NCBI GenBank assembly: GCA_964428185.1
Contig: CAYRXH010000003.1
Coordinates: 14,577-78,576, forward strand
Direction of reading: 5' to 3'
Source: an uncultured Bacteroidales bacterium
GTDB taxonomy: Bacteria; Bacteroidota; Bacteroidia; Bacteroidales; DTU049
Length of the DNA: 64,000 bases
The notes below the pieces were generated by a model. The model ran no database searches. It saw nothing but the letters and a program-made list of their open reading frames with translations, and was not told where the DNA came from. Position 1 is the stretch's first letter; every line of letters starts with the position of its first letter. Below are positions 20,646 to 29,705 of the stretch, in pieces. Made by a program: the position numbers and the translations under genes.

Positions 20646-21130
20646 ATGAATCATTTTCATAAACATCACGACAAAAAACAGCAAACTCAAGAGTGTGGTT
20701 TTAAGACTTCTCGTCATCACTGGCGGTGTACTGCTTATCTATAACAACATGGGCATGCTTGATTACGCAACAAAAAAATTGTCTTTTCATGACAGCTGCT
20801 GCTGACTGCCTTTGGATTTGTCAATCTGTTCGGAAAAATCAGCAGATTATTCGGGCTGATTCTCCTATCAGTGGGTGGCTTTTTTATTCTCCCTGAATTT
20901 TTTATTTAGCCGAACAATTTTACTCACACTTTCTGGCCTCTGCTGATTGTAATTGCCGGACTGATGATTGTTTTTTTCAGTGTAACAATAGCCCGCAAGA
21001 TCAGACATATCCAGCAAAGCAATTCCAATGAGGTAATTGATGAGGTACTTGTTTTCAGTGGAACCGAGCAAATTGTATCAACTGAATCAAACAGAGGTGG
21101 AAATACATTTAATGGTGTAACTATTATTCC
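20646..21130 (+). pseudogene. LiaF/DUF2154-like membrane protein remnant
   Basis: Fragments in several frames: LVITGGVLLIYNNMGML, QLLLTAFGFVNLFG...LILLSVGGFFILPE, DEVLVFSGTEQIV...GGNTFNG. Confidence 0.55.
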
Positions 21131-21160
21131 GAAAAAATCCTATCTTACAGAATTATTTTA

Positions 21161-21817
21161 TTGCTGATGTTTTATATCTGCTCTGTTGTAATTTATTATG
21201 CGATCAGCTTTTACCAGTCACTTCAGGAAAAACTGGTACGTGAAATGGAACTGAAGTCTTTGGTTCGTGAAGATCATCTCAATGAACTGAGATCCCAGCT
21301 GCACCCGCACTTTTTATTTAACCGCCTGAACTCCATGAATTCGCTGACAATATCAAATTCTTCAGCAGCAGGAGAGATGATCATCAAACTCTCTGAATTT
21401 CTTAGATATTCGCTGAGCAGGAAAGGACGCAGCATGACAACACTTGACAAGAAACTGTATCATATCAGGTTGTATCTTGATACTGAAAAGCTTTGTTTTG
21501 GCAACAGACTTGATTTTGTTTGTGATACAAATGAAGCAGCCGATTTATGACCATTGCCACTGATGCTGCTGCAACCTCTTATAGAAAATGCTGTGAAACA
21601 CGGTGTATATAATACCGGCGAAACAGTTATAATTCAATTAAAAGCCTCAGTAATAGATGAAATTCTCTGTGTCGAAATTGAGAACAACTTTGATCTCGAT
21701 GCCATACCTGAAAAGGGGACAGGAACTGGCTTGAGCAATGTCCAGGAGCGTCTGAAACTTGTGTATGGCAGAAATAAGATTTTTGAGTTCAGAAACGAAC
21801 AATACAAAGAATCATAA
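21161..21817 (+). pseudogene. LytS/YehU-type histidine kinase remnant
   Basis: LRSQLHPHFLFN and LLQPLIENAVKHG...GTGTGLSNVQERL, with an in-frame TGA at 21548-21550 between them. The N-terminal membrane part and the C-terminus are truncated. Confidence 0.85.
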
Positions 21818-21821
21818 ATAA

Positions 21822-22588
21822 AAACAAAGCCATCATTATTGAAGATGAAATGCCGATAGCCGAGCTGAATATTGCCTATTTGAAAGACCATCCGAATGTG
21901 GAAATTATCGCTATTTGAAATGATAGATTCAGCGTACTAAAAGCAATTCAGGAACATAAACCTGATCTTATTTTTCTTGATGTTCGAATGCCCAAACCGA
22001 CAGGTTTTGAGTTGCTTGAAATGCTTGAAAGTCCGCCCATCGTGATCTTCACAACTGCCTTTGATGAATAAGCCATACGGACTTTTGAAATGAACGCAGT
22101 GGACTATCTGATAAAACCTTATTCTCGCCAACGTTTTGCTTTAGCACTGAAAAAAGCATCCGAAAAAACAATTACCCTCCGAAAAGGTGAACATACCACT
22201 ACACACAATCATACTGCTGACTTTCTGCAGCCCGAACAAACCATTGAAAGAATTGTTGTCAAAAAAAAACAACCGCATTGTGGTTGTTCGTGTTTCTTCA
22301 ATAATCCATATCGGAGCCTGGGATGATTATGTTTTTACCTATGCAGATGGAAAACAACACATCAAACAGAAAACCATGACATATTATGAAGAACATCTGA
22401 ATCCGTGCAAGTTTATCAGAAAACAATGCTCATGGGTTGTTAATGTTGATTGTATTGAACAACTCAGTCTGTACGAAAAGGAAACGTATATGGTCAGGCT
22501 GAAATCAGGAGAAGAACTTCGTGTCAGCAGAGCCGGGTATAAAAGACCGAAACCTTTTTTTAAACCAGAACTACTTAACTGTATCTGA
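21822..22588 (+). pseudogene. LytTR-family response regulator remnant
   Basis: KAIIIEDE...[11 protein letters not shown]...[10 protein letters not shown]...NAVDYLIKP, with in-frame stops TGA 21916-21918 and TAA 22069-22071, then a frameshift before the LytTR domain (...ELRVSRAGYK). Confidence 0.88.
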
Positions 22589-22774
22589 AGGAATTTCTGC
22601 CAAAGTGTCTGAAGTTGATTCCGTAATAAATGCATCTGCATCTTCAATGGCACTAAGACGTTCTTCTTCGGCTTTAATGGAATCTTGAATTCTTTGTTTT
22701 TCAATATCTTCGGCTGATGGCCCACAGGATGAAAGTACGATACCTAAAACAAGAGATGCAAATAGAAATTTCAT
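22571..22774 (-). CDS. Small lipoprotein
   Basis: MKFLFASLVLGIVLSSC lipobox followed by a charged helical segment. Confidence 0.7.
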   Translation of the reverse strand: MKFLFASLVLGIVLSSCGPSAEDIEKQRIQDSIKAEEERLSAIEDADAFITESTSDTLAEIPSDTVK

Positions 22775-22820
22775 AGCAGTGTTTTTTTTATTGTAGAACG
22801 CAAAAATAAAAATATTTTAT

Positions 22821-23382
22821 CACTACTGTACGACTAAAAAATATAAAGAAGGGGGGCATACTTCCTTGAAGTTTCACCCCATGTTGTAAATTTGCTTTGA
22901 AAAAAATCAACAACATGAACAAAAACACGGAAATAAAATTAGTCGGACAGCCGAACTTTCGGATTGACCTTTAAAGAAGTGTTATTGATTGATTCCACCA
23001 CCATTCGTATATTCAGCGATATGTTAAAAGGCGTGGGACACAATGCGAAAAATGACGGCAAAAACAAAGGCGGCTTAAAAGTTAACATGCTCATAGCGCA
23101 ACTACTGCTGAGTATGATTCAAAAAAACTGCGCAAGCGAAAAAGGCATTTTCAGTGGTGGCGGCATTGGTGAGAATACATTTAATCAGCTTGCTAGATGT
23201 ATTTGAATTGCTCAGAAGCACAAGCAGGATTTATGTGAAAAACTATAAGCCTCCACCAAATCAGTTACAGATGTCATTGAGTTTTTAGGGGGGGGTCACT
23301 TTTTGAATTGAAATATTCGTGCTTGACTACTAATAACTTACAGGCAAAATAGTCAAAAATTAATTTTAGTTGGATAGTAGTG
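22821..23382 (+). mobile_element. Internally deleted IS4-family element (562 bp) with both terminal inverted repeats
   Basis: Left IR CACTACTGTACGACTAAAA (22821) versus reverse-complemented right IR CACTACTATCCAACTAAAA (ends 23382), 16/19 identical. Transposase pieces: MNKNTEIKLVGQP (ATG 22915), LLIDSTTIRIFSDMLKGVG...GGLKVNML, and LIAQLLL...(frameshift)KKAFSVVAALVRIHLISLLDV...* (TAG 23286-23288). No clear target-site duplication. Confidence 0.8.
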
Positions 23383-23451
23383 AAAAAATATATTTGTATT
23401 TTTGACATTTTTATAGATCTTTGAAATAGGTGTGCGCTGCTCATGCAGGAC

Positions 23452-23581
23452 ACACATAGGCGGTCATAAAACATAGCGGTTTCAGTGGGTTTGGAAACTA
23501 TCGTCCCGCATCAAGGTTTGTCACGCGAGATACAGACGCAGCTTCGCAATCCGCTATATTTCATACCGCCAACCGTTATGC
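23452..23581 (+). repeat. attC-like imperfect palindrome
   Basis: Left arm GGCGGT-C-ATAAAACATAGCGG (from 23459) pairs with right arm CCGCTATATTTCATACCGCC (23551-23570), leaving one unpaired C. It ends in GTTATGC (23575-23581); the left core is degenerate (CACATA). Confidence 0.5.
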
Positions 23582-23698
23582 ACAAGCGAAAAAAATACAA
23601 TGATACAGCAAATTGACAATCAAAATTAAATATTAAACTTGGAATGAAAAACCAAACTGACAGACAAAAGACCCGACACTCATTGCCTACACTTTTAG

Positions 23699-23706
23699 TA
23701 TCTTTG
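23699..23706 (+). promoter_or_regulatory. -7 promoter element upstream of the brx operon
   Basis: TATCTTTG (TAnnTTTG) 20 nt before ATG 23727. Confidence 0.5.
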
Positions 23707-23726
23707 ACCATTTTAATTTAACTTAT

Positions 23727-26300
23727 ATGTTCAGAGTAGTCTGGGACAAAGAAATTAATGGAGTTTTGCTTACAACAAACGGAAACGGTGATGCCTTAAA
23801 TGTTTCACCGCGACCGGTTTTTCATGAAGAATTAAACCTGCTTGGTTTTGATAAAAACTGGAATTGGAAATATCCAGAATCAAAAGCCCCTTTACTTTGG
23901 GCACTAGATAGACGATATTTTTACAAAGGTGAATTGGTTGCTGAAGTAAAAGGTGGAAATATATTTGACGAACCAATAATTGAAATCACCGATGTAGGGA
24001 AAGACTTAAAACTTAAGCCTATAAATATTCATAAGGTAGTTGAAAAAAATCAAAAATTACTTTTTCTACTTGAACAGGAAGCCATTGAATTCATTGAACA
24101 AACCTATCGCACTTATAGTTTTAAGAAAATAAGGAGCAAAGCTAAAGCAAATGAAGAAGTTGACTGGGCTTTACTGGCTGAAATGCAAGAAAAGAATACA
24201 AAAATTAAACATGCAGTAGTTAGGCAAGACTGCGATAGTTTTGATATAATACCTCTTGACTTGGCCAAAGAAAACAACAAAACTGTTTACCTGAACACAA
24301 AGATTGACCAGTTTATTGCTTCCTTTAGTGGCGGAAAAGATTCTCAGGTTATGCTTGATCTTGTAAGCCGCGTGATACCTCCTGATGATTTTATAGTGAT
24401 TTATTCAGATACTGGTATGGAAATTCCTCCTTCAATTGAAATCTATCAACTGACAAAACAGATTTACACCAAACAGTATCCTGAACTGAAATTTCATTTA
24501 TCAAAAAACCACCAAAATATTATTGATAATTGGGGCGAGTTTGGTGCACCAAGTCGTCTTAATAGATGGTGTTGCACTGTTGCTAAAACAGCCCCACTTT
24601 ACAAATTATTAAAAGATTTAAAAGGGAATGGGAAGCAACCTAATGTTCTTGTTTTTGAAGGTGTTAGAGCGGAAGAAAGTAATGCTAGGGGAAAATATGC
24701 TCGAATCGGTAAAGGAGTAAAGCATAACAATGTAATAAATGCAAGACCAATTTTTGATTGGAGTGCTACTGAAATATATTTGTATCTTTTTAGTAGAAAT
24801 TTGCCATTTAATTCTGGCTATAGAAATGGTTTATCACGGGTTGGTTGTACAATATGTCCATTTTCTTCAGAGTGGTCCGAACATATAGTAAAAAAACTGT
24901 ATCCAAAGAGCATTGATAAATTCATTGATATTATATTTAATCAAACGGACACCATAGGGATTGAGAGTAAAGAGAAGAAGATTAACTATATAAAAGAAGG
25001 TAATTGGAAAAAAAGAGCAGGTGGCAAATTAAATGATTCAAATACCTCAAGAATAGATTTTATTCAGTTTAAACCTGAATTTAAGGTAATTCTCACCAAT
25101 CCTAAAGAAAAAATTACTGAATGGTTAAAAGTTTTAGGCAAGATTAATTTTAATTACACAAACGATATTATTTCTGGAGAAATACTAATTGATAAAATAC
25201 CTGTTATCGTAAATATTACTACCATCCTACATGATGAAAATATCAAACAAATTATTGTATTTAAAAATATAAGTGAGAATCCATTATTAGTTAGCAAAAT
25301 TAAAAAAGTATTATACAAAACAACTTATTGTACTCATTGTGAAGCATGTGAAATAGAATGTCCTAAAGGAGCTCTTAAAGTGGAACCAAAAGTTACTATT
25401 GATTCCAATAAATGTATTCATTGTGGTAGGTGTTCTGAAATAAATGAAAAGGGCTGTTTATTGGCAAAAGCAATTAATATCTCCGAAGGAAACATAAAAA
25501 ACTCATCAAATATGAAATCATCTGGTATTGACAAATATTCTACATTTGGTCTACGTGAAAAATGGCTTAGCCAGTATTTCCAGAATATTGAGAATTATTT
25601 TGAGACTGGGAATAATGATTTAGGAACAAAAATGATTCCCGCTTTAATACATTGGCTTCGAGATGCCGATTTACTAAATCGAACAGATAAAAACGCAAGT
25701 GAAACGGCAATCTTTTTAAAAGAAGTTTATCAACACAAACCAAACCTAACTTGGGAAATTATTTGGATAAATCTTTCCTATAATTCAACAATTACTAATT
25801 GGTATGTAGGCAATGTTCTATATAATAGATCATACTCAAAAAGCGAATTGTTAGCAATGCTTCAAAATGATTATCCAAATTATGGTGCTGGGACGCTCAA
25901 AAATCCATTAGGCGCATTACTCAATACATTTGATGAAAGTTCCTTGGGTAGTGTATTAGAAATTAGTCAATTAAAGAAAAAAGGAAATGCTATTGATACA
26001 ATTATTAAAAAACCTTACGAAACTATTGATTCAATAACTGTAGCTTATTCACTTTACCGTTACGCCAACAGCAAAAACCGCTATAATTTAACAGTTTCCG
26101 AATTATATGCTCCTGAACAAAAGCAAGGCATTTACAAGGAATTTGGAGTATCAAAAGAACGATTCCAAAACATATTGAGAACTTTACAAGAAAATAAAAA
26201 CGGAATTGTAAAAGTGGATTTAGTGATGGGTCTCGACAATATCTCATTACGCGAAGATTTAACCTATACCGAAGTGCTTAAACTTTTACTTGAAAAATAG
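23727..26300 (+). CDS. brxP: BrxP-like fusion: PAPS-reductase/DndC-SspD-like domain + 2x[4Fe-4S] ferredoxin + DUF4007 (SspB/BrxA-like winged helix)
   Basis: SFSGGKDS PP-loop (24321-24344), RWCC (24564-24575), EGVRAEES, RVGCTICP (to 24860), CTHCEACEIECP...CIHCGRC-x7-C (25329-25457), and a C-terminal KYSTFGLREKWL...ALIHWLRDADLL domain. Confidence 0.82.
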   Translation: MFRVVWDKEINGVLLTTNGNGDALNVSPRPVFHEELNLLGFDKNWNWKYPESKAPLLWALDRRYFYKGELVAEVKGGNIFDEPIIEITDVGKDLKLKPINIHKVVEKNQKLLFLLEQEAIEFIEQTYRTYSFKKIRSKAKANEEVDWALLAEMQEKNTKIKHAVVRQDCDSFDIIPLDLAKENNKTVYLNTKIDQFIASFSGGKDSQVMLDLVSRVIPPDDFIVIYSDTGMEIPPSIEIYQLTKQIYTKQYPELKFHLSKNHQNIIDNWGEFGAPSRLNRWCCTVAKTAPLYKLLKDLKGNGKQPNVLVFEGVRAEESNARGKYARIGKGVKHNNVINARPIFDWSATEIYLYLFSRNLPFNSGYRNGLSRVGCTICPFSSEWSEHIVKKLYPKSIDKFIDIIFNQTDTIGIESKEKKINYIKEGNWKKRAGGKLNDSNTSRIDFIQFKPEFKVILTNPKEKITEWLKVLGKINFNYTNDIISGEILIDKIPVIVNITTILHDENIKQIIVFKNISENPLLVSKIKKVLYKTTYCTHCEACEIECPKGALKVEPKVTIDSNKCIHCGRCSEINEKGCLLAKAINISEGNIKNSSNMKSSGIDKYSTFGLREKWLSQYFQNIENYFETGNNDLGTKMIPALIHWLRDADLLNRTDKNASETAIFLKEVYQHKPNLTWEIIWINLSYNSTITNWYVGNVLYNRSYSKSELLAMLQNDYPNYGAGTLKNPLGALLNTFDESSLGSVLEISQLKKKGNAIDTIIKKPYETIDSITVAYSLYRYANSKNRYNLTVSELYAPEQKQGIYKEFGVSKERFQNILRTLQENKNGIVKVDLVMGLDNISLREDLTYTEVLKLLLEK

Positions 26301-26307
26301 TGGCATC

Positions 26308-29300
26308 ATGAAATATTCAGAAATCATTGGATTACAGGAGTATTTTCACCCTGTGTTTAATATAGAGAACGAAACCATTAATTATTGGAAACAGTTTATT
26401 CCAAACGACCAATTTTATGAGGTTTTACGGAAAACACTTTCTGCGATAGATACAAGTGAGCCAAGTTTAAGAAAATCCATCTGGATTCAGGGAACTTTTG
26501 GCACAGGGAAAAGTCATGCAGCTTCTGTGATTAAGCATTTGCTCTTTGATGATTATGCACAGGTTGAAAATTATGTAGAAGTGAATATTGATGATTCCAG
26601 TTTAAAGTCAAAAATAAAGAACTATCGAGGTAAAAGTAAATTAATGCCTATTGTATTAAAAGGATTAGGAAGTATATCCAATAGCAGAACATTTGCTTTA
26701 CAAATTGAAAAAGCTGTAAGAACTTCACCTGGTTTTAAGGATTTAGGCATTGTAGCAACCAGCGACTTTGACAGATTGATTGAAAAGGTAAATAGCCCTT
26801 TAATAGATTGGGATTCACTTATAAATAAGCATGATGATCTGAGTATCTATGTTTCAACCAAAACCGACATTTTAAAGAAACTAAATGCTTATGATATTGA
26901 TTTCTTTCATGTAATTGAAGGCACTCTGAATAAAGAGGGTGTTCACTTCTCCCATTCAGATATTACGAAGTGGCTTGTGGAAGTTAATAATGAGGTTATA
27001 TCTCAAAAGAAAGCTGATGGGATTATCATCATTTGGGATGAGTTTACTTCTGTAATGGATTCTATTAACTCAGGAATAATTAACCAGCTACAAAATATTG
27101 CTGAATTAAGTGAGAAAAACAACATCTTTTTGTACTTAATCAGTCATAGAACGCCCCACCAACATTCTATACCCAAAGAAGATTTATCACGAATGAATGA
27201 CAGGTTTCATATTATTCAGTATCGCATGGAACCTATTACGACCTATCATATTATTGCAGCAACCATTAAAAAAATTAATATTGAAGAATGGCTCCGTCAC
27301 CAAGCAGAAATATTTGAGGGTTCAACACAATGGGATGATTTAATTAATTTGCTAACCAATAACCACAGTGCATCTGCAAAATCAAAAATAAAAGACCTTT
27401 TCCCCATTCATCCCTATTCAGCATATTTATCCACCTTTATTGCCAGAAATTTAGGTTCTACCAATAGAAGTATTTTTGGGTTCTTGTATGATAAAGAATT
27501 TGGCTTTCTGAATTATTTAGACAAGGAGTTAAACGGAGAACGCTTACTTACAGCTGATTATTTGTGGGATTTCTTTGCCAATGCATTTGAAAATGATCAG
27601 GAAGCGAGGTTTAATCAGGTGCTTGATAAATATCGTTTAAATATTCAAAGAGTTCAGGAGCATGGAGAAAATTGCACAAAGGTATTTAAGGGAATTTTGC
27701 TTCTGAACGTATTATTTAAAGTAATTGAAATAACTGGCGAAGAAGGAAGTCCGGTTACTCCTTCAACCGAAAACATTACTTCACTTTTTACTGGTTCTGG
27801 GTTTGAAAAAGAAATTCCAGAAATACTTTTCTTTATTGACGAAAAAGGAATCATTACAAAGACCCCAGGTGGCGACTATTTAATTGAGTTTTCATCGTTA
27901 CCAATAAGAGAAATTGAGCAGGCAAAGGAAAGCGTTAGGAATCAGTTTAAAGATATAATCAATGTGCTAAAGTATGCTCAAGTCGATAAGGATTTGGAGA
28001 AAAGTATTTTCAAGGACAATATTTACAGAGAATCTGAAATTACTTTGTTTTCAACTAATATTGACAATGAACATATTTTAAGGAATCGTTTAAACAAAGC
28101 TTTTCAGAAACCTTACAGTCTGAAATGTGCAGTTTTTTTAGCAAATGGAGAGTATGAACATTTAACGACCATTCACAAAATTAAAGAACTAGCACAGGAT
28201 GAGGATTTTCAGGATATAGTTTTTATTATCGTTGAAGAACCATTTTCTGAAAGAAATTACGAAAAGTTTATTGATTATATTGCCAGGAAGCAGGTAAGCG
28301 ACAATCATAGTTATGACGAACAGTCGGCTAATTACGAAAACTACGCAAAAGAGCAAGTAAAAGAGTGGTTTTCTAGAATTAAAAACAGATATATGCAGAT
28401 CATTTTTAGGGATAAAGATGAAAAACTTCTTGCCAATAAAATTGGAAATGTGATCAATCGTTCCTACAGTCCGGTAATTTTTTCAAAAGGAATCGATAAC
28501 ATTTCTGACTTATTCAGGAACGCAAACGTTTGGAAATTTCAAACAGCAATAAAGGCAGCGGAGATTTTTATTTTTGCTGACGACCGTACTGAACTTGAAG
28601 AAAAAACATCGGGCGGCCCCAATGTCTATCTTAAATATTTAGTTAAAGACAAGGAAGGCGAATATATCATTGCTGATAATTTACTATTAAAGCCAGATAG
28701 CGACCCTAATCACACTTTAAATATTATTCAAGGAGAAATAGACTCAAAATTTTCTAAACTTAAACAGAGATCACTTTTCAATATTGGTGAAGAACTAAAA
28801 TTCCTAACAGAGGCACCTTTTGGACTTTATACAAATATGCCCAATATGGCACTTATAGGTTATGTTCTTAGAAAATATATTGGAGAACTTTATGTAGCTG
28901 ATGTGGGAAGACCTATTGAAAAGGATGAAATGCGTGATTTGATCGGCTATATGTTTAGTTTCTGGCAGGACGGCAGAAATCAAAATAAATTGAATGTACG
29001 TTTTGGTTCCAAAGAAGAAAGGGAACTAAAAGAGATATTACTTGACCTATTTGATTTAAAAGATTTTAATAGTATTACTGATACTCGCTGGGCAATTGTA
29101 AATTACGTAAAAACAAACGCGAAATACCCTATCTGGGCATTAAAATATTGTACTGAAGGGAAGAACATTACTGTTGCTATTGATGAGTTGCTAAAGCTTA
29201 TTTATAATTCCACAAATGATATAGATGTTAAGTTAATTTCTGGAGTTTTAGGAAAAACAAAGGACTATCGTTATGAACTAAAATTAGCACTTAAGCATGA

Positions 29301-29697
29301 AAATTTTAAAGCAGGGTTTCTAACATTTTTGCAAAATGTAGATGATGGTATTTTAATCACAAATGAAAACTTTAGCGAAGTTATGGATCATCTGAAATCT
29401 AGCATGCAGGAAGAAATAGGTTTATGGAAGGAAGACAATGTTAAGTTAAAAGTTTATCAATGGCACACGCACAAAAATCAACCTCCAACTAATCCAACAC
29501 TACCAACTAATCCCGACACATCTCAAAATCCTGATACTCCCACACATACTCCCACACCTGAAAGAGAAAAAATCATTTTCAAAGTCAGGAATTTTAATCT
29601 TGGTGAACAGGAACTTAAAAATAGAATTGTGAAAATGATTGAAGAAAATCAACACTTTTCTCAACTCTTAAGTTTGATTGATAAATATTTAAATTAG
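26308..29697 (+). CDS. brxC: BrxC/PglY (SspC-like) large P-loop ATPase
   Basis: Walker A WIQGTFGTGKSH, Walker B IIIWDEF, and DLFPIHP motif; operon position between brxP and pglZ. Start placed at ATG 26308. Confidence 0.78.
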   Translation: MKYSEIIGLQEYFHPVFNIENETINYWKQFIPNDQFYEVLRKTLSAIDTSEPSLRKSIWIQGTFGTGKSHAASVIKHLLFDDYAQVENYVEVNIDDSSLKSKIKNYRGKSKLMPIVLKGLGSISNSRTFALQIEKAVRTSPGFKDLGIVATSDFDRLIEKVNSPLIDWDSLINKHDDLSIYVSTKTDILKKLNAYDIDFFHVIEGTLNKEGVHFSHSDITKWLVEVNNEVISQKKADGIIIIWDEFTSVMDSINSGIINQLQNIAELSEKNNIFLYLISHRTPHQHSIPKEDLSRMNDRFHIIQYRMEPITTYHIIAATIKKINIEEWLRHQAEIFEGSTQWDDLINLLTNNHSASAKSKIKDLFPIHPYSAYLSTFIARNLGSTNRSIFGFLYDKEFGFLNYLDKELNGERLLTADYLWDFFANAFENDQEARFNQVLDKYRLNIQRVQEHGENCTKVFKGILLLNVLFKVIEITGEEGSPVTPSTENITSLFTGSGFEKEIPEILFFIDEKGIITKTPGGDYLIEFSSLPIREIEQAKESVRNQFKDIINVLKYAQVDKDLEKSIFKDNIYRESEITLFSTNIDNEHILRNRLNKAFQKPYSLKCAVFLANGEYEHLTTIHKIKELAQDEDFQDIVFIIVEEPFSERNYEKFIDYIARKQVSDNHSYDEQSANYENYAKEQVKEWFSRIKNRYMQIIFRDKDEKLLANKIGNVINRSYSPVIFSKGIDNISDLFRNANVWKFQTAIKAAEIFIFADDRTELEEKTSGGPNVYLKYLVKDKEGEYIIADNLLLKPDSDPNHTLNIIQGEIDSKFSKLKQRSLFNIGEELKFLTEAPFGLYTNMPNMALIGYVLRKYIGELYVADVGRPIEKDEMRDLIGYMFSFWQDGRNQNKLNVRFGSKEERELKEILLDLFDLKDFNSITDTRWAIVNYVKTNAKYPIWALKYCTEGKNITVAIDELLKLIYNSTNDIDVKLISGVLGKTKDYRYELKLALKHENFKAGFLTFLQNVDDGILITNENFSEVMDHLKSSMQEEIGLWKEDNVKLKVYQWHTHKNQPPTNPTLPTNPDTSQNPDTPTHTPTPEREKIIFKVRNFNLGEQELKNRIVKMIEENQHFSQLLSLIDKYLN
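29485..29557 (+). repeat. Short direct repeats encoding a Pro/Thr linker in BrxC
   Basis: CCAACTAATCC at 29485 and 29503; tandem ATACTCCCACAC x2 at 29534-29557. Confidence 0.8.
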
Positions 29698-29705
29698 AGG
29701 CAACC

